A stretch of DNA of 64,000 nt, from assembly GCA_039621445.1 (NCBI GenBank), contig CP154954.1, positions 23,944,954 to 24,008,953 of the forward strand, read 5' to 3'. Below are positions 1 to 27,333 of the stretch, in pieces; position 1 is the stretch's first letter, and every line of letters starts with the position of its first letter. Source of the DNA: Euglena gracilis. Its lineage: Eukaryota. The notes under the pieces are model-generated. The model was not told the origin of the DNA and made no database searches. It was given only the letters and a program-made list of their open reading frames with translations. Both the position numbers and the translations under genes were made by a program.

Positions 1-2812
1 TGACTAAGCGCAAGCCTGATCACGAAGCAGTGGCATCCCCAGACTTCAATGCTCAAAGAATTTGTAAGAGCGAAGCCCGGGGGGGCCTCCAGCAGGGGCT
101 GCTCCGGCTCGGGGATGGGGGCGGACGGGTCTGTCAGCCGCCCGTGGTGGACAGCCCGGGCGTCCTGCTGGGCAGATTGCGGGGCGGCGGTCGCGGCGGC
201 GGCGACCAGCCGGGTGGTGGCGGGGCCGCGGGCGGGGAGGGTGGGCGACCGCTGGGGGTGGACGGGCGGGTGAGGGGACCGGTGGGCGGAAGCAATTGGC
301 AACAAGTTGCAAGCCATCAGAGGACAGGTGAGGGAGCGAGTGCAGAAGGTACGGGTTTGGTGTGTACCTTTCCAGGGGACCAGGGGCGTGACTGGTCAAC
401 TGGAATCAGCAACTGTTCACCGGCATGACTTTTGAGGAGGCTGTTCTGAATCTGAGAAGGGCAGATTTCAACACCTTCCCAAACTGCTCCTGGAAAAATC
501 AGTATTCAGGAAAGCAGCTGACGATGCTTGTGGCAAATATTTTTGTTTAGATTCAAACAAGAATGCTGATGCGAGAGGTTTTCAGAGGGTGTCAGCGCCA
601 AGAGCACTGAAATCCTTGACTTTGAAGAATGAACCCTTGTGTAGAGACAGTTCTTTAAAAGGGTAACAGAAAAAAATGCACAGCGCTCCACTTGGTGCCA
701 GAAACGAGCACTCATTTTTGAGAAATAGCCAAATGTGACAAGGGACAGCTCTGTTGAAAGATCCAGCACTTTCCTTTCAAATCTCTCCAGAGCTGTTGGA
801 GGAGATGGAAAAACCACCTCCTCGGAGGGAAAATTGTTGAAATGCGACATGGTTTGTGTCTTCAAAAATTGTATATCAAAGCAGCGTCTGACCAACGTTT
901 CCACAGAATTATCAAAAATGCACAGCCAAAAGTGGCATATTCTTACAAGAAATACAAAATATAATGCACGGCTTGGTTCTGCCAGCCCCTGGATGCGCTT
1001 AATGTGGGGGGAAATAATACATTTCTTCGAGGTCCCTAAAGACTCCCAGAGGTTCAGCCGGCTGGCAGGAAAAAGGTGCTGGGTGGAACCCACCCCCTGG
1101 GGGGGGACCCAAATGGTACAAAACTGGACAGAGCACAACTGTCCAGCTGTCCAAAATGTGAAGGCAAACACCCAAAATCCCTCAGAACACTTTTTGTCGA
1201 AAAAGGAGCAGTCCACAACTGCTATTTTTTTCGGATGGTTTGGGGGGGGGGTACATTGAAAAAAAAAATTAAAAAAGCATTCGCCACCAAATTGCTTTTT
1301 GGAAAAGCGTTAAGCCAATCCATGAATGGTTTTGGGCAGGGAGGGGGAAAAATATCAGTCCATTGACGTTGCAGGTTCAGGTGAGAAATGGACTGGAATG
1401 AAACGCATACATGGCGGGGATGGCGGAGACAAAAGCAGCCGCCCACCCAGTTCGTGCAGTGTGGACTTCTGTTGCATAGCCTCTGCGAACGCTGTGCAGC
1501 CACAGCTTGAGATCCGGTGACCCTCCAGGGACAAGCTATGTAGTTGGCGACTGAGACCAGGGGGACCCACCAGGGTCCAAAAATTTAAAAAGGCGACCCA
1601 GCCCGCGGTGAGTTAAAACGCACATCCTGAGCCCCGTGCTTGAACAACAGTGTGCAAAACGTGCGGGGCACCATTGGGCCAAGCTGGCGCTAGCAGCAAG
1701 TCCTAAACCACCTGTACAATGGGAGCCATCGTTGCCCACATTAATGCGCCCCTCCGAGCTGCAGCTCAGCTGCCGAGACTTCAGCACGGCACCAACCCCC
1801 AAGGGGGCGCGCCTGCCTGCCCAATTAGAAACCCTTTCCAAACCCGAAACAAGAAGGTGAGACAGACCCTTCCCCCGGACAGTGAGGGGCACCCCTGCGC
1901 TGTCTCCAAGAGGGCAGCACAGCTGACAGCGCAGTCATGCCCACGCCCGTCTTTGGGGAGGGCCGGGGCCGGCAGGGCTGGCTGGGCCCGGACCGCCTCG
2001 ATGAGCCGCGGACCCCCGCCGCGGGACGGGACCCGGCCAGGCAGTGGCCGCCGGCTGTTCCCCGGCCCCGTGTCGGGCCCACACCGTCGCCGTGTGGGAG
2101 GGGGGGCTCCGGATCTGCGTGCCAAGCGACTGCCGGACAATGGACGGCCCGCCATGCGAGCGGAAACCGCGGCCGGAAGTGCAAAAACGTGGACACCGGG
2201 AGGGGGACAATGCCGGGCAAAACAACCGGCTCGCAGGCTTGAAATGTACCCTGGGTCTGGGTTGTGGTGCCCTGAGGAAAGACAGCCGACAAGCGAATGA
2301 CCAGAATCAGGGAATTCCCTTGATGTGGCCCAGGGGAACTGGCTCTGGGGCAAAAGTCTCCACCACTCCAAAGACCTTTAAGCGCACTCTAAAGGCGTTT
2401 TCATTTTATGTGCAGTTTGTTGTATGTTTTGTGCGTTCTTGTGCTGCTTTGTGCACACTCTTGCCACACCAAAGCCAAACCAAACGAAAATTATGCAACA
2501 GAAAAAAATCAACAATATGAAATGAAAAGTAAACCACAAATAAACCTGCGAAGTATCTTTGTGTGAATTTCAAAGAAGCGTCATAGAAAGATTGCAAAAA
2601 AAACTGCAAGAAAACCTTTGTACCAAAATACATGGGAATGCACACAGCAATCCAATGTGGGAAGGGTGAATGGCAGGGAGCAAGAAGAGGCCAGGGAGCG
2701 TGCTGGAGAAGTCGGGCCGCAGGTCGGGGATGGCGATGCAGAGCCGGGACGGCAGGGCCGGGCTGGACGGGGAGCGGCGGTCGAGGAGGCGGCCGCCCGA
2801 CATGCTTTGCAT
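1..2812 (-). CDS. Probable RNI-like leucine-rich repeat protein, multi-exon, runs off the left edge; exon boundaries not resolved
   Basis: Minus-strand peptide LHSLSLEGHRISSCGCTAFAEAMQQKSTLHEL (~1450-1545) fits the RNI-like LRR consensus LxxLxLxxNxIxxxGxxxLAxALxxNxxLxxL. A degenerate repeat lies at ~1900-2010. A candidate first exon MQSMSGG.. starts at 2812, right after a pyrimidine-rich AG acceptor (ttctcag|ccATG). A GC-rich exon-like frame occupies ~45-275. Confidence 0.45.
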
Positions 2813-4839
2813 GGCTGAGAACGGATCGGCGGAGGGAATGAGGGGAGAGCAAGCATTCCGCTTTCTGAGAGTAAAAAAAAACTCCCAAGAAGAGCAACCC
2901 CAGGAAAACCAACTGAATGGTTGTTTCTAATCAAAGAAGTTTTGACCGACCCCCAAAGGGGTCACTTCCATTCTTCCAAAAAACCAGTCAGTCACTGACC
3001 CCCCTCAGGACTCTGGAATCCAAAGGAAATTCAACCACAAATGGGGCCGAAACCAAACAAATTCCGCCACCTTTAGCGCCAGGTCACTTTGGTAATTTTT
3101 GCCGACCCGGGGGGGGTTTGAACCAAAAACCAGTCAATCACTCTGAAAGAAACCAGTCATTCGCCAGGGGGGAGATGATTGCATGTTTCTGACCCAATGA
3201 GTGTACTCTGAGTCACAGAGATATCCCACACGGAAAGATATCGGAAGCCTTCGGGAAAATGGAAGGGACATGGGGGGAGGATGTGGGAAATTGCGTGGAA
3301 ATTCAGTTCAAAATCCAAATGTTCTAAGGGAGTTGAAATAGAAATTGTCCCATTTTGTGGATTTTATCCTTGGCAGAGAAAAGATGAATGAAACTTTCAT
3401 CCCTTTCCCTTGGTGGGAAAATTTTTTTTCGAAGATGCAAAAAATCGCTGGAGTCCTCAGGAGCTGAGTGACGGAAATTAATTGACGTGGACATTTGACT
3501 TCCTTCTGCAAGCTTGGTAAGCTGTGGCAGAACTAACTCCCAACAAGTCGAGGCAGAACCCCTTCCGGACTTACGACCCAACATGTTTCCTCTTCTTCCA
3601 AGCATCTTTGACGCACATGGGCACATGCACATGGGCACATGCACAGGGGAACTTGCACATGGGCAGGTGGAAGCAGCAGCAACCCCATGAGAATTGTGCC
3701 CGGTGTCTGCTGCAGTGGGCCAGCGGGCAGGCAGACAACCGCGGCCGCAACGACCTTGCCGCCGGGGCGGGGCGGCGGCCGGGAGTCACACGGCGGCGCA
3801 CGTGCACGCGACGGCCAGCAGAGCGGCGGCCCACACCGTCGGCCGCCGCAGCTGGGGCCGCTGCCGCCGGACCCAAAACCAAAAGCCGAGGGCCGTGGTT
3901 TGGATGGCGAGCCGGCGCAGCCACCGCCACTGTGCTTTGGGCTGCGGCGGAGCGCAGCGAGGGAGGGTGCAGCAGATGAGGAGCGAAGTGGCACGTATGT
4001 GAATGTGTGGTGCTCTCCCGGAAGGCTGTTCCCTGAGTCCCTCCCTCCCGTCGCACGTCCCGGGGAGTTTCTGAAAGCAAAATTCCCTTCCAGAGCCCCC
4101 AACCCCACGCAAAGCACGGCGCAGTTCCCCGGAGGGCGGAGGACAGGGGCAGACCTGTTGCGGGACTACTCCCACGCCGGAGGAGGCGGGTCCGGTAGTC
4201 CGCCGCCCGCCGGCGGGGGTGGCGTGCGGCTTGGGCTTGCCCACGGCCCAGTCCGCGCTGCGGAGCACCTCCACCGCCACCGGCTGGCCCGGGGGGGGGG
4301 GGTCAGTGGATGTGTGATGCACAGGGAGGTCCTGGAAGCGGTTGGGGACCGGGGGGGGGGGGGTTCTTAAGCACACAAAAAAGCCTTTTACCTCTTAGCA
4401 CATTCAATCAAAATACAAGGGAAAAAACACAGCTGGAAAAAAGGCAATATTTTGGCAAAACCAGATCGACTTTGGGGGGGCGGGGGGATTTCTGGCATTC
4501 TTTTGGACCATCACCAACCCACCCAACCATCAAAAAATGCGCGTTCAACTTCTTGAATGTTCGGTTCCATTTGAGCCCCGAATCGGCCGTTGCTCAGTAC
4601 TCTGGCCTGACGGCAAGGGGTGGTGCTTGGCGGAATTGTGTCCCTCAAGGACCGCTGCTGCTGCTGCTGCTGCTGACGGGGGAGGGTCTTTGGTGGTCGG
4701 TGGTCGTCCTTGCTTGTGGTCCAGCTTTGGAGAATTCTTCTCTGGGTTTACTCGGGAGAAGGAAGGACCATTGACCGCTGCCGCCGTGGATTGCTCTGCT
4801 GCGAGAAGCCTGGCCACGGGTCCTCCCGGGCCAGGCCGT

Positions 4840-7637
4840 GGCGCGGTGCCAGCCGCGCGGAGCGACGACCTCCACGGCAGCGATGGCGGCAGGCGCCTCC
4901 CGGGACGCGGGCGGTCCGATGGGGGTCAGAGGGGCGGGGGAGGAGGGGGGGCCTGGGGGTGGTCGCCGCCCAGCTTGTTGAAGGAGGAGATGGAGACGTC
5001 GATAGCGATGAGGGTGTCGTTGCAAAACCTGCAGCGGGGGCAGAGCAGGTCGCAGCCCTCCTTTGCCAAAGGTTGGAGCCCCCACAGAAACTTGTCTGGA
5101 GGCGACACAGACCGACCGATTGCGGGGATGGGAGTGGTGTGTTTAATACTTTCTGGCGTTTCACGCAGGAACACAGGAGATGGTGTCTGATTTTGGAATC
5201 GGTCTCGATGGGGGAAGCGGCTGCAATCCTGGTCTGAGAATTAACACGAGGCTTGCCTGGATTGGCCGAGCCGGAGCTTTCCTGGGCTCCACCGTCTTGA
5301 TCGGCTTCAGGCTGGAGTGCCTTCCAAGCCCTTTGGCACCTTGTCCTGTGTTCACCTCACAAGAGGGGGGGAATCAGATTTTGCCGAATTCCAGACGAAG
5401 GTCACAGATTTTTCAAAAAAATCTTGAAACAGTTGCACTCGAAAACCTGGGGGGACCAGGGGGTTTTTGGGGGGTCTCAGTGGTGCAAAATACCCAGGCG
5501 TGAGGCAACGTCGTCTGAAAGGAGGGGTGCACCTGCCAATGGTCCCCGAATACTGGATGGTGTGGCCCACGACCAGGCGGTCGATGGGTTGGCCGGCCCT
5601 CTGGGAATATTCCCGAATGACCTCCATCAACTGGCGGCACTCCCCTCCCTCCGCTTGGCGGATGAGGAGCCAGGCGATGATGTCTCTGTCCTCACCCCAG
5701 GCTTCAAACAGGGGTTTTTTTTAAGACCGGGGGGGAAGGGGGTCCCCCCCACCCACCCAACCCCTGGGGGGGGCACCCCCGGGGGGGGGGGGGTCCCAGG
5801 GGACCCAACCCACTTTTCCCCGAAAATGGCCAAAAAGCGTGAAAAAAATGCTAAAAATAGCACTGTTTTTAAAAATTCTCGGAAGCGCCAAAAAGTATAC
5901 CCACCCCCCCTCTGGGGGGGGGGGACCCACCCACCCTACCCCCCCTGGGGGGTCCAAGGCTAAAAAGAAAAACCCTGGTTTCAAAATTGGCCGTGAAAAT
6001 GGTGCTGTTTATTGTGCTGCACGGAGAATGCTGCCGTTGGAAGGCGTGAGACGAAAACGTCCGTGAGACGGTGAGACGGGGCACGCTGTTGCTATTCTGG
6101 CAGAGACATCGTTGGGACCACGAGGGCCCGTCATCGGCCAGCACGAGGTGGTGCCAGCGTTCCAGGCTGACCTGCCGGCGAACCTGTGGGGATGGGCGGG
6201 AAGGCGAGAAACGCGAAGGTGAACAGTGGAACGTTGTCCCAACCGTCCCCATTCTGCCCGTTGTGCAACCCAGACAGAAGCCTGGGTCATGCTGCTTGGG
6301 CAGCTGGACGTGGAACGCATGCAAACAGTGCTTGGGTAAAGCAGCCAAGGACTGAGACTGAGGAGAGGAGAGCTCAGAGTTTTCCAGCTCAGAGACAGGA
6401 AAAATTGGTTTGGATGGAAAAAAACTTCCCCTGGCTGCCTGGATGGAACGGAGCCCAGCTGGGGGTTGAACCGGGTCCAAAAACTGCCAATTATGAAGAA
6501 AAAAAATTCAACTTTTTGACCCTAAATTTGTCCTGGCCGCCCAAATCCACCCATTTTGGCCCATTTTAGAACCTCCGAAAGCCAAGAATCTGTCACCTTC
6601 CAACCGCCCTTCGGGCTGGAAACAAAAAAAAACTTATCGATGGGGGCGGAGGCGGTTCGATGCCGGAAAAAGGCTGCTGGGTGTCTGGACCCCCCCCCAG
6701 GGGGATGGGGTGCCCTCGGGCTTTTCCTATTCTTACCAACCACAGGGGTCTGATGCAATCAGCCGCAAAGCACGCAAACGCACACACACACACACACACA
6801 TGCACGGAAGCACACGCATGCACACACAATCCATACGCACCTCGTCATTCAGCTCTGAGATCGAAGATTTGGCCAGCGTGGGTGTACCGCCAGGGATGAA
6901 TATCGATGGGAGGGGATGGCACGAATTCAGGGGGTGCCCCAAACACCTGGATGCAACCCTGGGCGACCCCTGCATGCACAAAGAGGGAGCGCCCCAGGAG
7001 GGTGATGGAGTCCAGCTGCCGCACCCAGCGATATGGCCCCCTCTCCCCGAAGGCCTCCAGCCTGCCCTGCACGCCGCCGAAGGAGTCGACCTCCCCTGCC
7101 AGGCAGAGGCACGGCCGCCCGGCCTCCCCGCCGCCTCTGGAATGGGTGACACAGCACCTTCATGACACACCATGGAATGCAATTATTATTATTTCAAATT
7201 TATTTATTTTTATTATTTATTGTCTCTCAATGATTATTGGTATTATTAATGATTAATGATTAATGATTATTATTATTATTTATTGATTTTTAATTGTTCT
7301 ATTTTTAATTAATTTCAATCATTAAATCATAATATAATGATTATTATATTATATTCCTTGGCAATGGCCTTGGTCTCTGGATGGCAGGCACCACACACCA
7401 TTGGAACCATTTGCACACTCGCAGCACTGAATCTCTTTCCAAATTTCTTCTCTCTGCACCTCATAAAGCATCATTTCAACCAAAACAGCGAGCCACTCCC
7501 CACACCTTCGAGAAAAAGATGCAACACATGTGAATGGGCCTCCATATGGTCCACTGGCAAAAGCAAATATTCATGGTAATGTAATTGTCGCTTAGTATTT
7601 GATGCGGCCGCCAATGGCAACAAGAGCTGCAGTGAGT

Positions 7638-7676
<39 letters not shown>

Positions 7677-8990
7677 TCCAACGACCTCGCAAACCTTTGT
7701 GGGTGTACTTGGTGCGGCCCTTGAATGCCATGATCTCATGGTTGCCCAACAGCTGAATAAGGGCTCCTCCGGCTGCCGTCGCTTGCCGCGCCATCTTCTT
7801 CAAAAGGTCCAGTAACTGATGACGGCAGGCAATCCGTCGTCACAGTCGTCACAGTCGTGACGAAGCAAGAGCCATGGTATAAAATACATCTGCATGAACG
7901 GATCAATCGAGGGAACGTGGGGAAACGATCACAGAAAACTTTGCTGTGGCAGAGCGTTTCCCTGCACTTCTGCTGGGAACAGGGCGTTGCTCGAAGACCT
8001 TACCCAAGGTGGTCCAGCTCAGGGGCTGGAAAAATTGGGCTGGCTGTAAAAAAAAAAAGGCTGCTGGCTGACCCCCGACTGATCCCCAGCTGGAACTGGG
8101 CCAGACTGGGGTCAGGGGATTTCTTAAGGACCCCCCCAGGGGGGGTTCCAGCCTCCGGCTGGCAAAAGTGGCTGGACCCCCCCCGGGGGTGGGGGGGAGG
8201 GGGGGTCTGGGGCTGGAGGGGCTGGGCTGGGCTGGGTCGATGAAAAACAAAAAATTTTAAAACATTTTTGTCTTCTTGACATTTTGATGGACCTAGATCA
8301 AGGCTGGGGGCTGTGATGGAGGAAGCTGTGATGAGGGGGAAAAAAATGCAGGGATAGGTGTGCTGGGCAGCCCAGTTGGCTCGGACAGCCCAGCCAGCCT
8401 GCGGCTGGCTGGCCCGGCCTCTGGCCGGGCTGGACCCAACTTTACTTCACTCGACCCCCCGGGGGCTCCCAGCCCAAATTTGGGCTACTGGCTGGATGTG
8501 AGCTGCTGGCTGGCTGGACACCCCCCCCTGGGGGATGGGGTCCCCTCTGGCTTAAGGAATCCCCTGTTAGGGGTCGAACCGGGTCCAAAAACCAAAACTG
8601 CAAAAATGCCCAAAAAAAAGCCAATTGTGCAACAAAAAAATACATTTTTTTGCCCAAAATCTGGTCAGCCTTCTTCGAAAGCAAAAAAAATACAACTTCG
8701 GTCAACATTGTCCTTTGGTGTCGAAGGAACTTTTCCGTGCACAGCGACATGGCGGGTGGGGGGGGACAGGTGGACCAGAGCAACCGGCAAGGGACCACAC
8801 CTGGCGTGAGTCCGGGCCGCGGTCCACCACGTCCCCGGTCTGCACCAGCACCGCCCGGCCCCCCCGCCAGTTCCCCTTCGCGTCGGTCAGGTTGCACAGG
8901 CGGAGGCAGCGCAGGGCGTTGCGGAGGTCGCCGTGGAGGTCGCCGATGGCAAAGAGCCGCCCGCCGGGGACGAGCGGCGCCGACGAGGAG
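4840..8990 (-). CDS. Shewanella-like protein phosphatase (SLP/Shelph; calcineurin-like metallophosphoesterase), spliced
   Basis: Exons joined by hand: ~8990-8801, 7815-7695, 7095-6965, 6885-6841, 6183-6114, 5671-5533, 5028-4959, 4884-?. They give in-frame motifs AIGDLHGD, QTGDVVDRG, LLGNHE, LFVHAG, ISELNDEVR, DGPSWSR, LVVGHTIQ and IAIDVSIS. The N- and C-terminal exons are unresolved. Confidence 0.9.
4885..4958 (-). other. Probable nonconventional intron (74 nt) in the SLP gene
   Basis: Junctions are CAC|CCCCAGGC...GCCTGCCGCC|ATC, with CAG at +4, CTG at -8 and CAGGC/GCCTG pairing. The join is in frame (GGDH-IAAVEVV). Confidence 0.6.
5672..6113 (-). other. Nonconventional intron (442 nt) in the SLP gene, with a nested MITE
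   Basis: Junctions are TCCC|AACGATGTCTCTG...CAGAGACATCATCGCCT|GG. There is no GT/AG, both junctions are Y|R, and a perfect 10-bp inverted repeat sits near the ends. Removal creates the Arg of GPSWSR. Confidence 0.75.
5709..5977. mobile_element. hAT-like MITE inside a nonconventional intron
   Basis: CAGGG..CCCTG termini; flanks GCTTCAAA/GTTTCAAA (7/8 match, 8-bp TSD); similar in structure to 25871-26143. Confidence 0.7.
6886..6964 (-). other. Euglenid nonconventional intron (79 nt) in the SLP gene
   Basis: Junctions are GTC|GCCCAGGGTTG...CATCCCTGGCGGT|ACA: Y|R at both ends, CAG at +4..+6, CTG at -8..-6, CCAGGG/CCCTGG pairing. Removal restores FVHAGV-TPTLAKSSISELNDE. Confidence 0.88.
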
Positions 8991-10214
8991 GGCAGGCGGC
9001 GGGGGCAGGCCCCGAACGGACGTTGTTTGCAGGAACCGGCAAAAAGTCCAGCCCAGGGCTGTGGGGGGGGGCATGGGGCCTTGGCAGACAATCGGTTTGC
9101 AAGTGGGTAACTTTCGTTAACTTAAGAGGGTTGTTGTAACCACCCTTGGCAGCGTGGGGAGGCCGATACTTCGCTGGGCTGTACCCCTTTGGATGCTGCA
9201 AAAAAAATCAATCAAGACAGGAGAGGCCTGGGAAGAGGATCAGGACAAGGGCTGCAAACAAAGTGCTCATGTGGAAGCATCCATGCCTTCAAGCAAAAGA
9301 CAAACAGTGAGGTGGCTTCCTTTTGGAATTCTTGGAGGTTGAATGCATCGTCGCAGTTCAGGCAAAAGTGGACGCAGTCACTTGTTGACGCTTGCAAAAT
9401 GGGATAGGGGAAAAGCAGCTGACAAAAAACACAAAAAAAAACTACAACACAGCAGAGTTGCGATGTGCGATCAGAACTCCTCAACCCTTGCGAGGTGCCC
9501 ACTCCAGACACGTGGTATTTTGGTGGCGTTGTTGGGATTTGTCGGGATTTGTCGGGTTTTGTCGGGTTTGGAACACTGGAAGTGGGTCCCAGCCATAGAA
9601 TTTTGGAAGCATTTTTTTTTCTGAGTCGAATGAGGTGTGTTGAACACAATGTGGTTCCTATGGAGTGTGGGCGTTGCATTGGCAGCATTGAATCCTTTCC
9701 ATACCGCCACCCACCTTTCCAACAACCATAGACATTTGTCTCGGACCATGTTGATAGCTGTTGATACAGCCAAGGTTCACCTTGGACAATGGGAGGGTCC
9801 TGGGCAAAACACAGGAGTGGGATTTTCTTGTTCAGACATATTGGAAGCCACCTCCAGGCACAAGGTATTGTGTTGTCTTTGTCAGGGATTGCCAGGAATT
9901 GCCAGGAACATCCTGCTTTGATCCTCTTTGCAAATAATTGTTTGGATTGCATACCACGTCTCCTCCATTGCCCAAGGACAACTGATGTTTGTCTATGATG
10001 GGGAGGGTGTTTGAAAAAGGTGGACAACATAATGATGGCAAGAAATTTATAATAATTGAACATTTCTAACGCATGGCCTTTGGGGGGGGAAGACCCATAT
10101 CACACTTTTTTATTTTTAGGTCCTTTATTTTTTATTATTAATTACTTCTGAAAACATCATATTTTATGGAACCTGTCTTCACATCATCTCAACTACAGAC
10201 AAACATCCTCTCCC

Positions 10215-10530
10215 CAGGGCGGTCCTTAAGCAAATTTAAAAAAAAAATCCGCTGTCCCAGCACACCCAGTGAAAAATATACAGGAAAACAGGCAAAAATT
10301 TTGGCATTTCTCAGCGAGAACAGGTCGACATCAGGGAAAAAATTGATTCCTGGTACCCTTGGACCATCGTCCATCCACCCAAGTCATCAAAAACTGTGTT
10401 TTCTGACTGTTTAATTTTTGCCCCCGTTCAAGTCCCAGTCTGGCCCTTAGCCGGCCCTTTGGCCGAAAGGGGGGGAGGTCCTTAAGGGAATAAAAAAAAA
10501 AAACTTTCCTGTCCCTTAAGGACCGCCCTG
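10215..10530. mobile_element. hAT-like MITE, family with TIR CAGGGCGGTCCTTAAG (copy 1)
   Basis: Perfect 16-bp TIR; flanks CCTCTCCC/CCTCTCCT; homologous to 27026-27333. Confidence 0.85.
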
Positions 10531-12413
10531 CCTCTCCTGCAGCCTAAAATTTCCCAACTTTCTTGCTGAAACCGCGCTTCTTCCTTCAATGTTTCCTTCA
10601 TTGAGTCAAAAATTCTGGTCTTTCAACACAATAAATATTGGTTGCATCTTCAACATCACAGCTGTGGATGATCTTGTCAACATATAAACATCTGATGCAC
10701 AGAGATAAAATTGAAGGAAAAAACGAGACCTGGTAAATAGTTTCCTGCGAATAATCAGTTTATTAATTAATTATAAAATAATTAATAATTAATTTATGTT
10801 CACCGGCAAGAAGCTTCTTTGAACCAAACAACAAAGAAAACTGCTCTATTTTAGAACAATCTATGAAGACAAAAAAAGCATGAACAAAGAACAGCAACGA
10901 AATTAAGGAAAATCATTAACAACCAATCATAATATTCCTTTTGGTCCAGTTTTGTCCACAATTTATTTTTGCAAAAAAAAGGATGTCCGGATTTGTTTGT
11001 TTGTCAGGATTTGACGGAAACCACGCCTCTGGGGGACCAGAAAGAGTTAACCTGCCCCCAAATAACCTGGCGGGGTCCTTGCTCCTGGCGGGGGCCGAAT
11101 AAATTGGCGGGGGGGGAAGATGGTTCCCGTAACTTGGAACCCCCCTTTTTGGGCAAAATTCCTTTATGGCACTGAAAAAGGGGCCCAAATAACCTGGCGG
11201 GGGGGGGGGCAGGGCCAAAAGTTGGTTCCAATAACCTGGCACCCCGCCAGGTTATGGGGGGGGGGGGGTTGTCGGGATTTGTCGGGGTTTGTCGCTAGAG
11301 GTTCTGCCCAGTGCTGAGCAAGAACTCCATTCTGGAGCAAATATTCTTTGTGGCTTTCCAAATGAACAATCACCCCGTGTATGAGCTGTATTGTGTGTAT
11401 GTGTATTTTTTTTGAAGTTTGGTGACCCAGGGGGAGGGGGTGGGGGTGGGGGTCCAGGCCAAGAGGGGGTGGGTCTGGACCCCCCCCTCCCGGTCCTGAA
11501 AAGTATTGTGTGAGACACAATGTCTTCATACATCCGGGCTGCTCCCGGATGCCATATGCCAACCCCTTTCTGCCTTGTTGCCTGAATCCTTTGACTGGCG
11601 TAGCTGCGTGTTGAACGCCACTCGCCCCGGCATAACTCCCATTCCTACGGAAGACTGGCAATGTGTGGTGTCTGCCGGTGGTTTACTGCAGAATGCAGTA
11701 AACCGCGGACAAGAGGGGTCTGTAGTGCATGTCTGCAGTCAACACATGCGGAACTGAGCACACTAAGCACAGCCCGAAGTGTAAGCACGGAGGGAATGGA
11801 ACATTGATGCGAACCAGGCTGAATTTGACCAACTCTGGGGGAGGGGTCGCGGGTGTCATGGAGTTCCTGGGCAGGCAGACACCACCCCACCCCTCAGGTT
11901 TCGACACAATACGTATGAGGGCAGGTGGGGGGTGAGTCGGACCCCCCCCCTCTGGTCCAGCAGAGGGGGAACATACCCCCCATCAAAACAGTGGCACGGT
12001 CTGGGTGACCGAAAATTTTGCCCCTCCAAAACGGCCAAAAGTACCAGGGCACCGCAACCTAAACCCCGTACGCCCTCCTTATATCGAACCCTGATCCCCC
12101 CGGGGCATCAGTGCCTGTGTGGTTGTCGGCCAAAAGCTGCCCAAAAATGTGCTGTTCTGGGCTTCCGGCGCCTTAGTTACTGGAAGTGCTTTGAATGAGT
12201 GCCCAACCCGGGTGGGGTGGGATCTGGGTTTACCCAGGCAGGTACCGGGGGGGGGGGGTCGGTCTCGCCTTGAAATTCAGCCTGATGCAAACTTGGTGTT
12301 TGCCCTGACACATGCAAGCACAGTGCAGCGTGGTGGTGAGGGGGTCAGACACACACATGCGGCCACTGTGCAGAGGGGCGTCGACTGGCCTTCACTGAAC
12401 GGAAACCCCCCGC

Positions 12414-26506
<14,093 letters not shown>

Positions 26507-27025
26507 CTGCAAAGATGAAGCAGAAGAAACCCAAAAACTCAAATTCCACACGTTTTATAAACACTTGACAACGTTTGCAGCAACGACACAGTTCAAAGTT
26601 TTGCCTTCTCTGGCAAAAAAAGGCTGCTGGAAATACCAAATGCCCCAGGAATTCAACCCACGTTCTGTGGGGTACTCAAAGCTATCTTTTGGGCAATTTG
26701 GTTTGCGGATTGAAGAGAACTGTTAAAAGAACCAAACCAAAAACAACATCCCAATCCCATGGAGATTTGGGCCCGACCCAGGTGTCTGGTGGGAGAATAT
26801 TTTTGGGAACCACCATCAGTTCTCTGACTCCCTTCGCAGCCAACACACTCTATTCGCAGCCAACTTCAACTGCCACAGGGGGCTGCAAGAAATTAAAAAA
26901 AAAAACCAAACAGGTTGGTCGTTCATCCCGCCTAGAACATTACCTGGTGCTGGCAGCTGTCAAACAGAAAATGTGGCGGATAGGGGGTTTCGTGTAATTC
27001 TGGGTGTGTTCTCATTTCCCAGGTG

Positions 27026-27333
27026 CAGGGCGGTCCTTAAGCAAATAATAATAATAAAAACTCCGCTGTCCCAGCACACTCAATGAAAATATAAAAGAAA
27101 ATGGGTAAATAAATTTGGCATCCTTCGGTGAGAACAGGTCGACATCAGGGGAAAAAAACTGGTTCTTGGCATCCTTGGACCATCGCCCATCCACCCAAAT
27201 CATCATTTGGACTTTTTAATTTTGGACCCCGTTCAAATCCCAGTCCGGCCCTTGGTCGGTCCTTTGGCTGAAAGGGAGGCGGTCCTTAAGAAAATAAAAG
27301 AAAAAACTTTCCTGTCCCTTAAGGACCGCCCTG
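27026..27333. mobile_element. hAT-like MITE, family CAGGGCGGTCCTTAAG (copy 2)
   Basis: Same TIR and internal sequence as 10215-10530; flanks CCCAGGTG/CCCAGGGG. Confidence 0.85.

Noticed and set aside
1222-1233. CTATTTTTTTCG resembling the SL 3' end
   Set aside because: Short, low-complexity and inside a repeat-like intronic segment.
2860-2882. SL-like CTTTCTGAGAGT
   Set aside because: Only the 5' 9 nt match; it is better explained as the minus-strand pyrimidine tract upstream of the LRR gene.
7560-7627. Candidate SLP exon after the (GT)n tract
   Set aside because: It hits a stop in the required phase; the 7695 to 7095 join gives the conserved protein.
9200-11900. Possible 5' exons of the SLP gene or a separate gene
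   Set aside because: AG..GT-bounded segments exist, but there is no recognisable protein motif to fix the frame.
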